Source of the DNA: an uncultured Planctomycetaceae bacterium
Lineage (GTDB): Bacteria > Planctomycetota > Planctomycetia > Planctomycetales > Planctomycetaceae
Direction of reading: 5' to 3'
DNA length: 64,000 bases
Assembly: GCA_963976765.1 (NCBI GenBank)
Contig: CAXBME010000028.1
Span: forward strand, 1 to 64,000
Shown here: positions 48,896-59,828 of the stretch, piece by piece
Numbering within the stretch: position 1 is the first letter of the stretch
Layout of the letters: each line of letters opens with the position of its first letter
Position numbers and translations under genes: made by a program
Notes under the pieces: generated by a model
Told to the model about the DNA's origin: nothing
Database searches by the model: none
The model's input: only the letters and a program-made list of their open reading frames with translations

Positions 48896-50428
48896 CTACG
48901 TTGTCGATTTCGGCAGCTCCAGCATCGTCTTTCGTTGCTCATCAGACGGCAGGCCATAATCCGGTGAATCGGCCAGCCTGAACAATTCTCGCGCGGTCAT
49001 GCTGCCGAATCGTTCGTCAGTGATTTCACACTGGTCAGCGGTAACCAGCGATGGGTGCATTACTCCGCAGACTCTGGACAACTGAAGAATCTCTTTCCGC
49101 AGCGTGACGATGTAATTTGCCAGGCGGGCGCCTTTGTGCGTTGGATCAAGGCCGCGCATCAACCAGCGGTTCTGCGTCGCGACTCCCGTCGGGCAGTGCC
49201 CAGTGTGGCACCGCTGCGCCTGAATGCAGCCGATCGAAAGCATCGGTTCGCGAGCGACGTGAACCATGTCGCATCCCAGGGCGAAGGCCAGAATCGCCGA
49301 TGCCGGAAAGCCAAGCTTTCCTGAACCGACGAACACAATCTGGCTGTGAATCCCTCGCTCAAAGAACTCGCGATAAACCCGAGTGAACCCCAGCTTAAAC
49401 GGCAATGCCACATGATCCGTAAACACTAAAGGGGCTGCTCCGGTCCCTCCTTCGCCACCGTCAACGGTGATAAAGTCAACTCCACGTCCAGTGGTGTCCA
49501 TGATGCGGGCAAGATCGCTCCAGAACTGCGACTCGCCAACTGCCGACTTGATTCCAACGGGTAAACCGCTTTCCTCGGCGAGCATCTCGACAAAGTCCAG
49601 CATGGAATCAACATCGTGAAAGGCGGAATGACCTGACGGGCTGGCACAATCCTTACCCATCGGGATCCCTCGGATCTTTGCAATCTCGGGCGTAATTTTC
49701 GCAGCCGGCAGTAATCCGCCGAGCCCAGGTTTGGCTCCCTGACTGAGCTTGATCTCAATCGCCTTAACTTTGTTCCTTGCAACGTTCTCTTTGAAACGTT
49801 GCAGATCAAACTCGCCAGACTCGTTGCGACATCCAAAGTAGCCTGTGCCGATCTGCCAGATCAGCTCACCGCCGTGCTGGTGAAATTCCGAGATCCCACC
49901 CTCGCCGGTATTGTGCAGACATTCGGCGATGCCACATCCTCGATTGATCGCCTCGACCGCCGGGCCGCTCATCGATCCGTAACTCATGCCGGAAACGTTG
50001 ACGACCGACGTCGGCCGAAAAGCGTGTTTGCGATTTCTGGCCTCGCCGAGAATCTTGGCACACGGAATTCGGAATTTGGGATCGTAACCCGGTTGGCCAG
50101 GCCGCAGTTCTGAAAGCGGGAACGCCGAATGTTTGATGATCAGGTGATTCGGCGACTGCTCAAGGTCGTTATCCGTCCCGAAACCAAAGTAGTTATTCTG
50201 CTTCTTGGACGAGGCATAAACCCAGGTTCGCTCATCACGACTGAAGGGACGCTCTTCGTTGTTACTGGTGACAATGTACTGACGAAGTTCCGGCCCGATT
50301 GTTTCAAGCAGATAACGAAAGTGCCCGAGGATCGGAAAATTTCGCAGGATCGCGTGTTTGGTCTGCACGATGTCATAAATCGCAACAAGCACCAGCACCG
50401 CGCCGCAGACGTAAACAGCGTTGAGCAT
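48896..50428 (-). CDS. FMN-binding glutamate synthase family protein (YerD-like)
   Basis: SGMSYG, NTGEGG, QIGTGYFG, EIKLSQGAKPG.GG.LP, DGGEGGTGAAP, CIQAQRCHTGHCPTGVATQ Fe-S motif. Confidence 0.93.
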   Translation of the reverse strand: MLNAVYVCGAVLVLVAIYDIVQTKHAILRNFPILGHFRYLLETIGPELRQYIVTSNNEERPFSRDERTWVYASSKKQNNYFGFGTDNDLEQSPNHLIIKHSAFPLSELRPGQPGYDPKFRIPCAKILGEARNRKHAFRPTSVVNVSGMSYGSMSGPAVEAINRGCGIAECLHNTGEGGISEFHQHGGELIWQIGTGYFGCRNESGEFDLQRFKENVARNKVKAIEIKLSQGAKPGLGGLLPAAKITPEIAKIRGIPMGKDCASPSGHSAFHDVDSMLDFVEMLAEESGLPVGIKSAVGESQFWSDLARIMDTTGRGVDFITVDGGEGGTGAAPLVFTDHVALPFKLGFTRVYREFFERGIHSQIVFVGSGKLGFPASAILAFALGCDMVHVAREPMLSIGCIQAQRCHTGHCPTGVATQNRWLMRGLDPTHKGARLANYIVTLRKEILQLSRVCGVMHPSLVTADQCEITDERFGSMTARELFRLADSPDYGLPSDEQRKTMLELPKSTT

Positions 50429-50521
50429 TCAGAATTCTCCATCAGAAAGCCGGGAAACCGACCATCCATCGGCCAATCACATCCGGATGGTAGTCGACTG
50501 CCGGGCGATGAAAATCGAGCA

Positions 50522-51268
50522 TCATTCGCGGGGCAAAGATTTTTCAGAAGCGGCATGTAAGCTCGCACTCGACCGCAGTGCAATCTGCAGCGGACAGTCC
50601 TGAGCATCGACCGCCTTGTCTCCGCGGTAGCCAGCCAGCAGACGTCGCGACTCTTCGGCCAGCATACGTCGAACCTCGCGTCTCTTTCCTTTAATCCGAG
50701 CGATCTTCATGTTGTCATACGCGGTCGTCTGGTGACGCAACCAGGCGATGACGGCCGACTCAGCGCGTTGCTCGATCGGAATTCGCTGAGTGCGAGCGAC
50801 TGTCCCGCTGCCGACTGGAGTCGCATGACTGGCCACGGCTTCGGCAAGTTTTGCAGCAACATCGGTGTGGCGTGAGCTGAAGTTAAGAAACGAAAGCACC
50901 GCCAGTTGAAAGTCTTCGACGTACTCACCCTGTTTCCGTTCCCGGCGCTTCGCATCTGCCTGTCGCCTCTTTGCATAGGACTCGGTCGACCGCTCGACTT
51001 CCAGATCCGCGCGTACGGCAGCGATGCGGTCCGCCGGAGCCCACACGCCCTTCGAAAAAGTTCGTCGACCTTTTTTCTCCTGCACCGTCCAGGTGGGTCC
51101 GCCAGCCTTGACTCGGCGAGTCAAGGCTGCATCGCCCGGCGGCAGCAACTCCCAACCATCGGGGACACGGATTTCGTGGCCACCTGCCGCGCGGACCGTT
51201 CGCTCGGACGAACCCGTAGAAACGATCAGTGATTCACCGGTTTCTGATTCAGCGTTTCCCACCGTCAT
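50522..51268 (-). CDS. DUF2293 domain protein
   Basis: W.LLPPGDAALTRRVK, HATPVGSGTVART, AVIAWLRHQTT.YD. Confidence 0.8.
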   Translation of the reverse strand: MTVGNAESETGESLIVSTGSSERTVRAAGGHEIRVPDGWELLPPGDAALTRRVKAGGPTWTVQEKKGRRTFSKGVWAPADRIAAVRADLEVERSTESYAKRRQADAKRRERKQGEYVEDFQLAVLSFLNFSSRHTDVAAKLAEAVASHATPVGSGTVARTQRIPIEQRAESAVIAWLRHQTTAYDNMKIARIKGKRREVRRMLAEESRRLLAGYRGDKAVDAQDCPLQIALRSSASLHAASEKSLPRE

Positions 51269-51311
51269 GACATCCTTGCCTGTTCTCGTGACCGGAGTAC
51301 TGTTGCCTGGC

Positions 51312-52901
51312 CTAGTCGACCGGCTCTTTCTCGAAGTCGGACGGACTGACCCAGCCAGCCTTCACTTTCTCGCCCGAAGTGAAGCGTTTGTAAAAGTTGT
51401 CGGTACTTGCTCCCGAGTAGGGATAAGCGTCGAATACTCCCCCATTTCCACTCATACGAGGATCGCCCTGCGACTTCAATTCTCTGAAGAGCTGCTGTTT
51501 CAGTGCATCCACCTTCTGAGCCTGTGAACGCTCACCAGCCAGGTTTTTGACACAGTCCGGGTCGCTCGACAGATCGTAGAGTTCATCCGTCGGACGTTTT
51601 CCGAAACATAAATTCCAGAAGTCCAGATTCAATCCGTCCCGCCGCATTTCGAGGACGACTGACTTAGTCGGACCACCGTCACAGTTGAGATATCCAGTGA
51701 TCGGATCTCCGGCTGGCCAGCGTGCCGTTTCGAAATTGTGCAGGTAGAGCATGTCCCCTTTGACAATCCCTCGAATCGGGTATCCCCAGTTATTCGGTCG
51801 CCCGATGTCGTGCCGCTCTTTGCCGACGAGAACGTGGTCGCGGTGAAGCTTCGTTTTTTCAGCGTCGCTTGATTGAAAGATCGGAAACAGACTGCGCCCG
51901 CTGATGGGCTGCATGATTGGCCCTTCGTCAGACACCTGAGCTGCCTCAAGAAACGTTGGCGCCAGATCAGAAAAGTCGACAAAGTCCTCAACAACGCGAC
52001 CGGCCCTCTCGATTCCACCCGCCCATCGAATCGCCAGCGGAATGTGGTTCGAGTGATCGTACGCCTGTCCCTTCGCTCGAGGAAACGGCATGCCGTGATC
52101 AGACGTCGCAACAATCAGGGTGTTGTCCAACTGGCCAGCAGCTTCCAGCAAGGCCAACGCTTTGCCCAGATGATTGTCAAAGTGCTCAACTTCAATCGCG
52201 TAATCGAGCATGTCATTGCGAATCGTTTCGTTGTCCGGCCAGTAGCCGGGAACTCGCTCGATGTCGCCAGGTTTCTTGCCCAGCCTAACACCCGATCCGT
52301 ACTCGTAACCGCGATGCGGCTCGGTCGTTCCCAACCAGAAGGCCCACGGTTTCCCATCAGAACTGCTCTGCAGGAAGTCGCTGAAGTTGGCCGCGTAGTC
52401 GTTATTCGAAATTCCTTTTGCAGGAGGTCTGGCCGTCTTCCCCCGGAACACCTTCCCCGTAATTCGTCGAGGTTTCCCGTTCGCATCGTCAGCAAACCCC
52501 GGCCCCCAACCTTTGCCGGTAAATCCTGTCGAATAGCCGTCCGCTTCGAGACGTTCCATGAAGCTGCCGAACTTCGACGGAAAAAACGCCATGTGATTGC
52601 CTGCTTCTTCGAGCTGCCACGAGTACCGACCAGTCAGGATGATCGCTCGCGACGGAGCACACTTCGCATTGGGCGTGTACGCTCGCGTGAAGAGAATTCC
52701 TTCTTTCGCTACTCGATCAAAGTTCGGTGTCTGAACCCACCCGCAGCCGTAGGCTCCGGCATGACCGAACGACCAGTCGTCGGCGATCGCAAACAGAATG
52801 TTCGGTCGGCGAGACTTCTCTCTGGATTCAGCGAGCAGATCGCCTGAACCTGCGAGCGAGAATACAGCCAGGACTGCGAGCATCAAAGTCAATCGTTTCA
52901 T
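51312..52901 (-). CDS. Sulfatase (Cys-type, heparan-N-sulfatase-like)
   Basis: Signal peptide; PNILF.IADD; CAPSRA.ILTGR formylglycine motif; GK; PH; SDHG..FPR.K. Confidence 0.93.
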   Translation of the reverse strand: MKRLTLMLAVLAVFSLAGSGDLLAESREKSRRPNILFAIADDWSFGHAGAYGCGWVQTPNFDRVAKEGILFTRAYTPNAKCAPSRAIILTGRYSWQLEEAGNHMAFFPSKFGSFMERLEADGYSTGFTGKGWGPGFADDANGKPRRITGKVFRGKTARPPAKGISNNDYAANFSDFLQSSSDGKPWAFWLGTTEPHRGYEYGSGVRLGKKPGDIERVPGYWPDNETIRNDMLDYAIEVEHFDNHLGKALALLEAAGQLDNTLIVATSDHGMPFPRAKGQAYDHSNHIPLAIRWAGGIERAGRVVEDFVDFSDLAPTFLEAAQVSDEGPIMQPISGRSLFPIFQSSDAEKTKLHRDHVLVGKERHDIGRPNNWGYPIRGIVKGDMLYLHNFETARWPAGDPITGYLNCDGGPTKSVVLEMRRDGLNLDFWNLCFGKRPTDELYDLSSDPDCVKNLAGERSQAQKVDALKQQLFRELKSQGDPRMSGNGGVFDAYPYSGASTDNFYKRFTSGEKVKAGWVSPSDFEKEPVD

Positions 52902-52998
52902 AGTCAGCCCTCAATTGAACATCGTCATTTTGCAGTAAAGAATCGTCATCACATGTTGCAGAGAATTATCCAACAGTAAGGTGTCGTTTCTGCCGGAC

Positions 52999-54060
52999 TC
53001 ATGGCTGCCGAACCTTGATGCCGAAACTGCCCGGTCGCAGGTTAAGCTTCTTCCACTCTTCATCCGTGTGCGCACCGAAAGCGGAAGGTTGGTACGCATC
53101 GATGAAATCAACGTTGGTTCGTGTCGGGATCTGATTCTCAATTCCGGTCAACGAATAAACCGCATTAATGACCAGGCGTCGCAGGTCTTCTTCCAGCCAG
53201 TCGACGGAAGCGCCCGCCGTCAGACAGAACGATCGGCCGGTATTCCCGGAAGGAGCCGTGTAATTGTGAAACCATGCCCACGGCATCGGTCGATCGTTCC
53301 TGCCATCCGCCACGGGAGTGTCTTCACGATTCAGCCCTGGCAGCACATAGCCGTGGTAAAGAATCATGTCGCTGACCGTCAGCCTGATGACACCGTTAAC
53401 GTCGGTCCGAGCAAACAACTCGGGCGACACGCCTCGCAGCACCGGATGGTTTGCATGCTGAACATTGACCTTTGCCAGCGTCGCTTCCTTCAGAAACTTC
53501 CCGTGATGCGACACCCAGGTGTCCCCCAGGATCTGCTGCCCGAATCCGCCCGGCCATTTTTTACTGCGAAAATCCCAATCTGCATACGCGCTCGAACTTT
53601 CTGTCGGATAACGGAACGGATGAGTTGCGTTTCGAAAACCAACCACCGGCTTCCCGGCGTTGATAAAATCCGCGATGTGTTTTGTGTCAGAGTCCGCCAA
53701 TTCTCGAAACCGAGTAAACAACACCAGCAAATCAGCCGAATCCAGCACTTCCAGACCGGGAATATGATGAATCTTATTTGGGTTGATGATGCCGGTTTCC
53801 GAATCAATCGCAAATAGTACGGTGCAGTCAAAGCCGTGCCGCTGCGAGAGTATCTTCGCAAACATCGGCATGCCTTCTTCCGAGCGGTAGTATTCCTCAC
53901 CGGTCACAAAGACGATGTGCTGGCCGCTGCCTGGGCCGCACTTTCCATCCATGTAAAGCCTCAATTGCGATTTCGAGTCGCCACTGTCCTCGGCTCTGGA
54001 AACAGCAGGTGCGGCGACGAATGCAACCACGACAACAAACCTCCAGATCATATGCGTCAT
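52999..54060 (-). CDS. Secreted ThuA-like / class I glutamine amidotransferase-like domain protein
   Basis: Signal peptide; IVFV.GEE.YRSEE.MP; R.R.L; G.R.ATH.F; H.VLRGV. Confidence 0.75.
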   Translation of the reverse strand: MTHMIWRFVVVVAFVAAPAVSRAEDSGDSKSQLRLYMDGKCGPGSGQHIVFVTGEEYYRSEEGMPMFAKILSQRHGFDCTVLFAIDSETGIINPNKIHHIPGLEVLDSADLLVLFTRFRELADSDTKHIADFINAGKPVVGFRNATHPFRYPTESSSAYADWDFRSKKWPGGFGQQILGDTWVSHHGKFLKEATLAKVNVQHANHPVLRGVSPELFARTDVNGVIRLTVSDMILYHGYVLPGLNREDTPVADGRNDRPMPWAWFHNYTAPSGNTGRSFCLTAGASVDWLEEDLRRLVINAVYSLTGIENQIPTRTNVDFIDAYQPSAFGAHTDEEWKKLNLRPGSFGIKVRQP

Positions 54061-54143
54061 CGCTTACGCCCTTGCCAGTTTTGAAAAAGTCAATCCGAAA
54101 AATCAGGCAACAGTCGAATGACTTCGCCAATCGGATGGTCAAG

Positions 54144-54794
54144 TCAGCTGCGCTGATATTTTGCAAGCAGGATAACGTCGCGATCAACAACGGTCAGCTC
54201 GGCACTCCAATCAGCAGCGATCCATTGAAACGTTTCGCTGGAGAAGAAGCTGACGTGTGTTGGGTCGTTTTTGTAGTGCCAGTCTGAAAACGACGTCTCG
54301 TCGACCACCTGTTTCGTCATGATGCCGAGCAGGCCACCGGGGCGGACACTGGACCAAAGCCGTTGCAGATCCTCGCCGGGGTTGCCGAAGTGCTCAACGA
54401 CTTCACTAGCCGTCACAAAATCGTACTCACGGATCAGTGGAGTCCTGTCTGGTGAGTAAAACGGATCGTAAATCGCGACATCATGCCCGGCCTCGTTGAA
54501 CATGATGGAAAGTGTCGGCCCCGGGCCGGAACCAAAGTCCAGGCCGGAACTGCCAGAAGCAAGCCGAGCGTTCACAGGCTCAAAGAGTCGACCGAGAAAA
54601 TTCCGATAGCCAGAATCGTCGGGAGAGTTTTCGTGCTGATCGTAATGAGCTTTTTCATCCGATGTGCAGAGGTGGTACTCGCAAGGCACAAAGATCAACC
54701 AACAAATCCGGCAGCGCCAGAATTCACGTGCGCGATCCTTGTGAAATGGTAAGACCTCGCAAGACGTACACAGCGGGCAGAAACGATTACTCAC
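54144..54794 (-). CDS. Class I SAM-dependent methyltransferase with N-terminal Cys cluster
   Basis: CPLC...CRIC; E...Y..HEN; LDFGSGPGP; YDPFY; EVVEH; WHYKNDPTH. GTG start at 54794 chosen. Confidence 0.85.
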   Translation of the reverse strand: MSNRFCPLCTSCEVLPFHKDRAREFWRCRICWLIFVPCEYHLCTSDEKAHYDQHENSPDDSGYRNFLGRLFEPVNARLASGSSGLDFGSGPGPTLSIMFNEAGHDVAIYDPFYSPDRTPLIREYDFVTASEVVEHFGNPGEDLQRLWSSVRPGGLLGIMTKQVVDETSFSDWHYKNDPTHVSFFSSETFQWIAADWSAELTVVDRDVILLAKYQRS

Positions 54795-55042
54795 AACAAC
54801 ATCCTTCCTGACGGGAGTGTGGAAGGAATCAGGATGAGGCCCCCTCAATTCCGGATGACACATTCGAAGACAAATCAGCCCGCATACGCGACATCGATCC
54901 CGGCTTCTGTCCTCGCATTTTTGATGCAGGAACATTCAGTCGGGGGCCATCAATCGATTTTGAAAACGATCGACAGCCTCCCAATGAATCAACAACGCCG
55001 CTGCATATCAGGCTCTGCGTGAGATCAGTCGGAACTTCACGT

Positions 55043-55672
55043 TTACTTCGTCGTCCAGATTTTCAGGTCGTCGATCGACAGCGTTTCGCCTCGCATGACA
55101 AAGCGGTAGTTCGGCTTTTCGACGTCGAGGCGTGGATGCTGGCCGGTAACTTTCAAGCCGTTGTCGGTCACCGCCACGACGCGGTCGCCGACCATTTCGA
55201 CCTGTAGCGTGTACCACTTGCCCTGCTCGAACTTCGCCTTTGCCTCGGCAATAAGTTCGCTCTTAATCGTCTTGTCTTTCTTGTCCGCATCGGTACGAAC
55301 GGTCAACCCGGTCGGTGCGACGATGACTCGGAACAGGTGGCCCTTTGCATGATTCAGGCTGAAGTGAAGACCATTGGTTGAGCCATCCAGCTTGAACGAA
55401 AAGCGAACGATTGAGTCGCGATTCTTCAGTTTGCAGGTCAGCACCGCAGCGTGCTTGTCAGTTTTGAGTTCTTTCGCGGCAATGGCCCCGTCTTTGATCT
55501 TCCACTCGCCCTTCGCCGTCGCCCACTCCTTGCCGAGCGTTTCTCCGTCAAAGTCATCATTCAGCATCACCTTACCGGGCTTTGCCAGGACGGGTGAGAT
55601 GTCTGTGTTTTTATCGGCCAGGCAAATGGTTGAAGAAACAGTCAGCAGGCAGATCACGATCAAATATTTCAC
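55043..55672 (-). CDS. Secreted concanavalin A-like / DUF1080-like beta-sandwich protein
   Basis: Signal peptide; DDF, G.W.I.DG, H.A, WY...VE..GD, DDLKIW. Confidence 0.65.
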   Translation of the reverse strand: MKYLIVICLLTVSSTICLADKNTDISPVLAKPGKVMLNDDFDGETLGKEWATAKGEWKIKDGAIAAKELKTDKHAAVLTCKLKNRDSIVRFSFKLDGSTNGLHFSLNHAKGHLFRVIVAPTGLTVRTDADKKDKTIKSELIAEAKAKFEQGKWYTLQVEMVGDRVVAVTDNGLKVTGQHPRLDVEKPNYRFVMRGETLSIDDLKIWTTK

Positions 55673-55898
55673 AGGCAGCTCCATATACAATTGAGAAACC
55701 GGGACGAAGGAGGTTACTGCTGCCGGTCTATCAAACCAAGGCACTCAGCGATAGAGACAACCGGGAATCTGAATCCAACTTTCGAGGTCACTTCTCTCGC
55801 GTAACCTCAGACCGAATCCGAACGCCAAAATCAACGCTACCAGGCAAGAGACTTCAGGAAACAGGATCGCTCAACCAGGAGATCGAAGTCGCAACTGC

Positions 55899-56693
55899 TC
55901 AGAAGCTGGTGTCGGCTTTGAGATCGACTTCTTTGATCCACGTGTTGCGATATCGAACGTCGTGGCCCTCGCATTGAAGCTTCAGGCCGCCCGGCACATC
56001 AGTGATTCCCCGGCCTCCGTCGTTACCGCCGTCGATGCCGGAATTTGGCCCGCCCCACACCTTCATGATCTTCTGATTGTGGTGAACCTTCTGACCGTTG
56101 AAGTACATCGTCACGAGCGCGTTCTCGGTGAGCTTCCCGTCGACGAACCTCGCCGCCCGGAAGTTAATGTCGTACGCGTTCCATTTTCCGACGCCGTTGT
56201 ATGCGTGGTAGGGAGATTCGGTTTCGTTGATGACGGCTGCCATGCCGTGCTTCGTTTTATCGCCATCAAGCACCTGAATTTCGTAGCGATTCTGCAGATA
56301 GACGCCGCTGTTCCCTCCGGGCTTCATGATCAAAAACTCAACGTGCAGACGAAAGTCGCGATACTTCTTCTTCGTGACGATGTCGGCGGTGCCGTATTTG
56401 CCTCCGGCCGCGACAGGATCATCCGTCATGACGACGGTGCCACCATCAACCGGATCGTCAACAATCTTCCACTTGATCGGCAGCGACGAGGCAAATCGCG
56501 GCCCCTCCCAGTAAGTCCATTTTTCGTCAAGCATCTTTCGCGAGCCGTCGATCAGAACTTCCGCACCGTCCACCGGATGGGCCCCCACACCAATGTGCCT
56601 TGAATCGACGTTCTTTGCGGTGAGAACTTTCTCGTCGGCAAGAATCACTCCGGCGCACAACAGAATGGAAACGACACAGCAAACGTATTTCAT
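55899..56693 (-). CDS. DUF1080 (family 16 glycoside hydrolase-like / 3-keto-disaccharide hydrolase) protein
   Basis: DFRLHVEF, GNSGVYLQ.RYEIQVLD, WN.YDI.F, LQ..G..V.YRN.WIK. Confidence 0.88.
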   Translation of the reverse strand: MKYVCCVVSILLCAGVILADEKVLTAKNVDSRHIGVGAHPVDGAEVLIDGSRKMLDEKWTYWEGPRFASSLPIKWKIVDDPVDGGTVVMTDDPVAAGGKYGTADIVTKKKYRDFRLHVEFLIMKPGGNSGVYLQNRYEIQVLDGDKTKHGMAAVINETESPYHAYNGVGKWNAYDINFRAARFVDGKLTENALVTMYFNGQKVHHNQKIMKVWGGPNSGIDGGNDGGRGITDVPGGLKLQCEGHDVRYRNTWIKEVDLKADTSF

Positions 56694-57212
56694 TGGATTC
56701 TTCCTGAGTAATGACTTCGCGGATCGGGTCGGTTAAAGGTTAGCGAGCGAGCAATACGTTGCGTAGACAAGCAGCCATTCGACGATGAGGTCGATGCGTC
56801 GCAGGAAGGATTTCCCGGTACTCGACAAAGTATTGCGAAGCAATACCATCAAACCGCCCCCCAGGAGTTGTCCGAAAGCCATGTTTCAGTGCATCCACAC
56901 CGGGAGCGAGCCTGACGTTCTGCGAAAACAACGAATGATTCCGTGAGGATTCCGGACATATATTCTCCGCCGTTCGACCACAACTGCACGCAGTTTGACT
57001 CCCGTCAATTTTCTCAAGGGCAAACGGACGATAGAAGATTCCTCCCATTGATCATTCGGGAACGATGCCAGCCATCCAGTAACGTTGCCTGTTCAAACTC
57101 GAAATCTCACCGGATGGCATCAGCACCAGGCTTCGAAAATGGACTCTGCTCAACGTTTGCCCCGGGCAACCGCAATCACAGCATCCAAATTCGCACCGGC
57201 GAGTGCAGTCGG

Positions 57213-58601
57213 TCATCCTCGACTGTCCAGCGAAACGCTGGCCGTTTTCGATAGACACACCAGAATCATCGCGATCAGACAAGGCACTGCGGAGAGCCCC
57301 CAGACTCCCGGCCAGCCCTGCAGCCAGCTTGCGACGACCGGGTTCTCGGAACTGGAGAGCCCAATCAGTCCCGGCAAACCATTGAGCAGAATGCCGTCAC
57401 CATCCATCAGCATGTCGTCCGCGACGACCCCGCCAATCAACATGCCAACGATTCCGCCAACAGACACCAGCATGATCTGAAAGCGACACGCCAAAACTCC
57501 GTAATGCAGTTTCAGAATCACGCCAAGCGTTCCAAAGAACGTCACGACAGCAACCCCCTGCAGAACCTGCGCGCCACAGAGACTCGCCATCGCCACCTGA
57601 CCGGACGGCGAAGTCCGGGACATCCACGCCAGCAGTACCGCTCGGCCAACCCAGGCCAACCCACCGACCATTAGTGTCACTCGCGTGCCGAATTTCATCA
57701 CGCCCGTCCCGAGCAGAAACAGGCCGATTAATTCGAAGACCTGATCGGCCACCATCAATCGATGAACGAACTGACGCTCGACCGCGTGCGCTTTCAGAAT
57801 CGACTCAAAGAACGAAGCGTTCCACAGGTAGTGGCACCGCTGGACGACGACGATCAGCAACACTGCGAGCGCCAGCAGCGTTCCAAACTTCGCCGTCGCT
57901 GGATCGTCTGATTGAAAAGTCAGGCTGCGATCACCATCCAGCTCGGGTTCGACTTCCGGTAAAAGGATGGCCGAAAACGCAGTCGCCAGCCCTGCCCAGC
58001 CCGCGACTGGAATCAGAATTTCGTGTGACGTAACGGTCGGGATCAGATTGGGAAATCGAACCAGCAGTGACTCGCACAACCAGGCCGGAAGGATAAACCC
58101 GACGGTCCCCCAGACTCGCCACATGCGAACCACTGATTGACCAGATTGAGTGGCCGCATCGCCCACGCGACCAATCCACGACATCGACGGAGCGAGCAGC
58201 GAAAAATACAGGACCGTAAAACCGAACACGTATCGCCAGTCGCTTGCTGAGTCCGCAGACAACTCTGCTCGAAACGCCGCCGCCATCGCGACGCCCGCAG
58301 CCAGCAGGTGGCTCACCGCCAAACCAAGCCGAAGGTCAATTCCATACTGGCTGAGCGATCGAACAACGACCTGGGCGATCAGCAACGAAAAAGGCACAGC
58401 CGTCAGGATGACTCCGCAAATCGTCCAGGAGTACCCCAGTGTTGCTTTCAGATAGAGCGGCAATAGAGGCAGTGCCGCTCCCAGCGTGAGGAAATGCAGG
58501 AACCCGACGAGGCCGGGAGCCACACGCGCAAGGCCTGATGTCGAGGCCGGATTGTCTGACAGGTTCACGATGGTTCTGACTGTCTGCTCTCGTTGAGACA
58601 A
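57213..58601 (-). CDS. MFS transporter, divergent nucleoside:H+ symporter-like
   Basis: ~12 hydrophobic segments; L.LYL...LG.S; RVWGTVGF; Q.FE motif. Confidence 0.7.
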   Translation of the reverse strand: MSQREQTVRTIVNLSDNPASTSGLARVAPGLVGFLHFLTLGAALPLLPLYLKATLGYSWTICGVILTAVPFSLLIAQVVVRSLSQYGIDLRLGLAVSHLLAAGVAMAAAFRAELSADSASDWRYVFGFTVLYFSLLAPSMSWIGRVGDAATQSGQSVVRMWRVWGTVGFILPAWLCESLLVRFPNLIPTVTSHEILIPVAGWAGLATAFSAILLPEVEPELDGDRSLTFQSDDPATAKFGTLLALAVLLIVVVQRCHYLWNASFFESILKAHAVERQFVHRLMVADQVFELIGLFLLGTGVMKFGTRVTLMVGGLAWVGRAVLLAWMSRTSPSGQVAMASLCGAQVLQGVAVVTFFGTLGVILKLHYGVLACRFQIMLVSVGGIVGMLIGGVVADDMLMDGDGILLNGLPGLIGLSSSENPVVASWLQGWPGVWGLSAVPCLIAMILVCLSKTASVSLDSRG

Positions 58602-58851
58602 AGTGCGACATCCAGAACGGATGACGTCGCGAACGTCGCACGGCGAATACGTGGACGATTCTTGACCGCCTCGCTCGACAGATCAAGGACGCCGTTGCGT
58701 ACGAAAATAAGAAGTCTTCCGCTACGCTTCCGTTGTCGTTGGGCTTCCATTCACAACGGCATTCGGAAATGCCGCCCTGCTAAACGAAGCATCATGTCGG
58801 AAACGTCCAGAATTCCGCCTTCAAAACGCCGCAGAAAAGGTTCAATCCAAA

Positions 58852-59691
58852 ATGCGTCCAACTCAATTCGCGTTAAAGCTGTTGTGCAGCCTGGTAATCG
58901 CCGCATGCGTATCCTGTGGGCCTGCGGATGCCCCCACCTCTTCATCAACAACGACCGTCCTGGAAGACACCAACGTGACCGACTCGACAGCTGAAACCAG
59001 TGAAACAACCGAACCAGCGGAAGCAACTCCGCCTGAAACAGCGACCTCACCGGAAGATCATTCCGGCCAGGTGCTTCGTCACGCGGTGTTCTTCTCTTTC
59101 AAAGAAACCGCAACCGAAAACGACATCAAGGGGGTAATCGCCGCCTTCGCAGAGTTGCCCTCAAAGATCGACTCAATCATCGATTTCCAATGGGGTACCA
59201 ACAACAGCCCGGAGGGGAAAGACGACGGATTCACTCACTGCTTCTTCCTGACGTTCAAAGACGAAGCCGGGCGAGCCGAATATCTGCCGCACCCTGATCA
59301 CAAAGCCTTTGGCGACGTTCTGCGACCTCACAACGACAAGGTTTTTGTCATCGACTACTGGGGTACTCCACAGGAAAAGATGGAGAACGAACTCAAGCAC
59401 GCTGTGTTTTTCAAGTTCAAAGACGACGCATCACCAGAAGCCGTCAAAGAAGTGGAAGAAGCGTTCGCCGCGTTACCATCGAAGATCGACACGATCAAGG
59501 CGTTCGAATGGGGCAGAAACAACAGTCCGGAACGCCACAGCCACGGATTCACACACTGCTTCATGGTGACATTCGCCGACGACACCGGACGGGCCGCGTA
59601 CCTGCCACATGCCGATCACCAGGCGTTCGTTGAGGTTCTTAAACCAAACCTCGACAAAGTCCGGGTTCTGGACTTTACGCCCGGTCAGTAA
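58852..59691 (+). CDS. Tandem Dabb (stress-responsive alpha/beta barrel) lipoprotein
   Basis: CVSC lipobox, Thr/Glu/Pro linker, two copies of HAVFF.FK...WG.NNSPE...GFTHCF..TF...YLPH.DH. Confidence 0.88.
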   Translation: MRPTQFALKLLCSLVIAACVSCGPADAPTSSSTTTVLEDTNVTDSTAETSETTEPAEATPPETATSPEDHSGQVLRHAVFFSFKETATENDIKGVIAAFAELPSKIDSIIDFQWGTNNSPEGKDDGFTHCFFLTFKDEAGRAEYLPHPDHKAFGDVLRPHNDKVFVIDYWGTPQEKMENELKHAVFFKFKDDASPEAVKEVEEAFAALPSKIDTIKAFEWGRNNSPERHSHGFTHCFMVTFADDTGRAAYLPHADHQAFVEVLKPNLDKVRVLDFTPGQ

Positions 59692-59828
59692 CCGCTGCAC
59701 GCCCCGTCTTCAACTCAGGTTTGAAGCAGCAATCGTTGCCCCCTACGATCTGGTCCTGATCGACGCGTACTGACTAAGCTGCCGCTGAGAGTTATCAGAA
59801 TCGAATCCTTCCCGCTGCGGAGCCATCC

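Noticed and set aside
56694..57212. ~520-bp intergenic gap with short inverted repeats (GGGCAAACG/CGTTTGCCC; GCCATCC/GGATGGC); considered a c-di-GMP-I riboswitch or ncRNA
   Set aside because: Lacks the GAAA...GACGCAAAGC core, and the stems are short and scattered. An Infernal/Rfam scan would be needed; no call is supportable by eye.
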